Source: Candidatus Hadarchaeota archaeon
Lineage (GTDB): Archaea > Hadarchaeota > Hadarchaeia > Hadarchaeales > Hadarchaeaceae
Direction: 5' to 3'
Assembly (NCBI GenBank): GCA_964514965.1
Contig: CAZETV010000001.1
Span: 963,063 to 995,062, forward strand
DNA: 32,000 bases
The notes under the pieces are model-generated. The model worked only from the letters and a program-made list of their open reading frames with translations. It had not been told where the DNA came from and ran no database searches. Of this stretch, positions 29,603 through 32,000 are shown in pieces. Within the stretch, counting starts at the first letter, position 1. Every line of letters begins with the position of its first letter. The position numbers were made by a program, and so were the translations under genes.

Positions 29603-32000
29603 TTATAGATAACGTTGTTTCTCTGCCTCTTCCGCACGAAGCGCGGCGTGGGCAGCGGCTATTCTCGCGACCGGGATTCTGAAAGGTGAACATGATACAT
29701 AATTCAAACCAAGTTCGTGGCAAAACTTTATCGATTCGGGATCTCCCCCATGTTCGCCGCATATTCCTATCTCCAGATCGGGCCTCCTACCCTTGCCAAG
29801 CTCCGCACCGATTCGCATGAGCTTTCCCACGCCTTTCTTGTCCAACGTCTGGAATGGGTCCACATCGAGTATTCCCTGGGCGATGTACTTAAACATGAAT
29901 TTTCCTTCAGCGTCATCCCGTGAGTAAGCGTATGTCATCTGCGTCAGGTCATTGGTTCCAAACGAGAAAAATTCAGCGTACTCTGCGATTTCGTCGGCCG
30001 TGAGAGCGGCACGAGGTACTTCTATCATGGTACCGAACTTGTAAAACACATCGATCCCGTGTTTAGACATCACTTCGCGCGCTACCCGCTCAAGTTGCTC
30101 GCGCACCACCTTAAGTTCGTTGACGTGACCAACAAGGGGAATCATGATTTCCGGTCTCGGGTCGCTGCCTTCCCGCTTGAGTTCACATGCCGCCTCGAAT
30201 ATCGCCCGAACCTGCATCTCATTGATGTCGGGGTGGATTATCCCAAGCCTGCATCCTCGGAGCCCCATCATCGGGTTGGCCTCCCGCATTTCCTCGACCC
30301 GCTTCAAAAGTTTCTCCTCGGCTTCGAGTTCGGCTGGTTTCTCCCTGTTCATTCGTCGCGTAATCACCTCTTCCAGCAACTCCTCGTACTTGGGCAGAAA
30401 TTCATGCAAGGGTGGGTCGAGGAGCCTTATCACCACAGGCAGGCCGTTCATCTCCTTCAAAATTCCCTTGAAATCACCCTTTTGAATCTCGAGCAATTTT
30501 CCGAGAGCGTCTCTGCGCTCATCCTCTGTCTCGGCGAGTATCATTTGGTGGACGAGCGGCAGTCTCTTCTCCTCGAAGAACATGTGCTCAGTCCGACACA
30601 ATCCTATCCCTTGAGCTCCAAGCTCCCTTGCTCGTTTAGCATCATGCGGATAGTCGGCGTTCGCCCAGTTCTGCAGTCGTTTGAACTCGTCAGCTGAAGA
30701 AAGAAGTTTTTTGAACTCGACTGATATTTGCGGCTCTATCAACGGTGCCTCGCCAAGTATGACCTCGCCGTTTGAGCCGTTTATCGTGATTGTATCGCCT
30801 TCTTTAACTGTTACCCCATTCACATCGAACAATCGCTTATCCGGGTCTATCTTGATGGACTCACAACCGACTACTGCGGGTTTCCCCATCCCTCTCGTTA
30901 CCACTGCCGCATGGCTTGTCATTCCCCCTCTAGACGTGAGAACTCCCTGTGAGGCGATTATTCCCCCCACATCGTCCGGGCTTGTTTCCGGACGAACGAG
31001 TATGACTTTTTCTTTTTTCCCGCCCATCTCTTTTGCTTGCTCGGAATCAAACACAACTTTTCCAACCGCAGCACCCGGGCTAGCGTTAAGACCTTTCGCG
31101 ATTACTCGGACGTCAGCTTTCAGGTCTACCTGTTTATGTAACATTTGCTCAATTTGTTTAGGGTCAATCCTCAGGACGGCCTCTTCTTGGGTTATCAATC
31201 CTTCCTCAGCCATATCAACCGCTATTTTAACCGCAGCCTGAGCAGTCCTTTTTCCAGCTCGCGTCTGAAGCATGTAGAACTTCCCTTGCTCGACCGTGAA
31301 CTCAACGTCCTGCATCTCTCTGTAATGTTGTTCAAGTTTTCTTGCGATGTCGAGAAGCTGCTGGTAGAGGTGTGGAGCTTTTTCCTCAAGTTCTGCAATC
31401 TTAAGGGGAGTCCTAACTCCAGCTACTACATCCTCCCCTTGGGCGTTGAACAGGAATTCGCCGAAAAGTTTCTTCTCACCAGTGGCGGGATTGCGAGTAA
31501 AAGCAACTCCTGTTCCAGAGTCGGCCCCCATGTTTCCAAACACCATGGTGACAACGTTAACCGCAGTATACAGGTCATGAGGTATCTTGTAGAACTCGCG
31601 ATACTCCTTTGCCCGCTTTGTGTTCCAGGACTTGAAAACTGAGATTATCGCCCCTCTGAGCTGTTCATGTGGGTCATTCGGAAATTTCTCACCTTTTTCC
31701 TCTATTATTTGTTTGAATTGTCTGACTATTTCCTTCAGGTCTTCGGCTTTCAAGTCGGTGTCTAGCTTGGCCCCAACTTTGCTCTTGCGCCCATCAAATG
31801 CCGCCTCAAACTTTTTACCTTCGACCCCGAGCACTATCTTGCCGAACATCTGAATGAACCTGCGATAAGCGTCGTAGGCGAACCGCTCGTTTTTAGTCCG
31901 TTTTGCCAGCCCCTCAACACTCTCATCGTTAAGGCCGAGGTTGAGAATAGTATCCATCATGCCCGGCATCGAGAGCATGGAGCCAGAGCGAATGGAAACG
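29603..32000 (-). CDS. ppdK: Pyruvate, phosphate dikinase (partial; N-terminus lies beyond the window end)
   Basis: The frame stays open to nt 32000 (…VSIRSGSMLSMPGMMDTILNLGLND). GGMTSHAAVVTRGMGKPAVVG is the phospho-His loop; also GLCRTEHMFF, FFSFGTNDLTQMTYAYSRDD and ICGEHGGDPESI. Confidence 0.92.
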   Translation of the reverse strand, partial: VSIRSGSMLSMPGMMDTILNLGLNDESVEGLAKRTKNERFAYDAYRRFIQMFGKIVLGVEGKKFEAAFDGRKSKVGAKLDTDLKAEDLKEIVRQFKQIIEEKGEKFPNDPHEQLRGAIISVFKSWNTKRAKEYREFYKIPHDLYTAVNVVTMVFGNMGADSGTGVAFTRNPATGEKKLFGEFLFNAQGEDVVAGVRTPLKIAELEEKAPHLYQQLLDIARKLEQHYREMQDVEFTVEQGKFYMLQTRAGKRTAQAAVKIAVDMAEEGLITQEEAVLRIDPKQIEQMLHKQVDLKADVRVIAKGLNASPGAAVGKVVFDSEQAKEMGGKKEKVILVRPETSPDDVGGIIASQGVLTSRGGMTSHAAVVTRGMGKPAVVGCESIKIDPDKRLFDVNGVTVKEGDTITINGSNGEVILGEAPLIEPQISVEFKKLLSSADEFKRLQNWANADYPHDAKRARELGAQGIGLCRTEHMFFEEKRLPLVHQMILAETEDERRDALGKLLEIQKGDFKGILKEMNGLPVVIRLLDPPLHEFLPKYEELLEEVITRRMNREKPAELEAEEKLLKRVEEMREANPMMGLRGCRLGIIHPDINEMQVRAIFEAACELKREGSDPRPEIMIPLVGHVNELKVVREQLERVAREVMSKHGIDVFYKFGTMIEVPRAALTADEIAEYAEFFSFGTNDLTQMTYAYSRDDAEGKFMFKYIAQGILDVDPFQTLDKKGVGKLMRIGAELGKGRRPDLEIGICGEHGGDPESIKFCHELGLNYVSCSPFRIPVARIAAAHAALRAEEAEKQRYL

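Noticed and set aside
29363-30036. 13-mer TATCATGGTACCG present at about 29363 (intergenic) and about 30024 (inside ppdK); GGTACCGC also at about 29503
   Set aside because: My rough estimate is that ~15 exact 13-mer coincidences are expected by chance among all position pairs on both strands in 32 kb. One copy is ordinary coding sequence and no flanking similarity extends the match.

Overview
This window reads as an archaeal chromosomal segment. The archaeal markers are a group II chaperonin (thermosome), ribosomal protein eL43/L37Ae and a DUF1922-type zinc-ribbon protein. Many starts are preceded by GGAGG/GGTGG ribosome-binding sites. Housekeeping genes are a P-type H+-ATPase (partial, left edge), thermosome, eL43, pyruvate phosphate dikinase (partial, right edge), a DUF438/hemerythrin/PAS sensor, a saccharopine-dehydrogenase-like enzyme, and a beta-phosphoglucomutase plus GH65 phosphorylase pair. 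Several accessory modules sit between them. (1) About 17.6-29.6 kb is a visibly AT-richer island. It encodes bacterial-type PTS general components (HPr, Enzyme I) and a stand-alone PRD protein, interleaved with homologues of the uncharacterised E. coli yhfS-T-U-php-W-X-Y gene set plus an SSS transporter. I see no EIIA/B/C; this is my top candidate for an undescribed system. (2) 1.7-3.4 kb is a tightly coupled four-ORF cassette: two paralogous HTH proteins, a 46-codon ORF and a restriction-endonuclease-fold protein. It is bracketed by ~37-bp imperfect direct repeats, lies next to a 20-bp perfect palindrome, and neighbours an ATP-cone/Mrr-type nuclease fusion. (3) 3.6-6.8 kb is an AT-rich block with a membrane protein plus M48-like membrane metallopeptidase, convergent with an AbrB-like / 3-TM / Abi_C(HEPN)-like operon. 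(4) A toxin-antitoxin-like pair (HPE-motif toxin-like gene plus DUF2283) is present at three loci in three different states of decay. (5) 31-bp direct repeats bracket the sugar-phosphorylase cassette. No rRNA, tRNA or CRISPR array was found. All family assignments come from motif recognition by eye and need profile searches to confirm.
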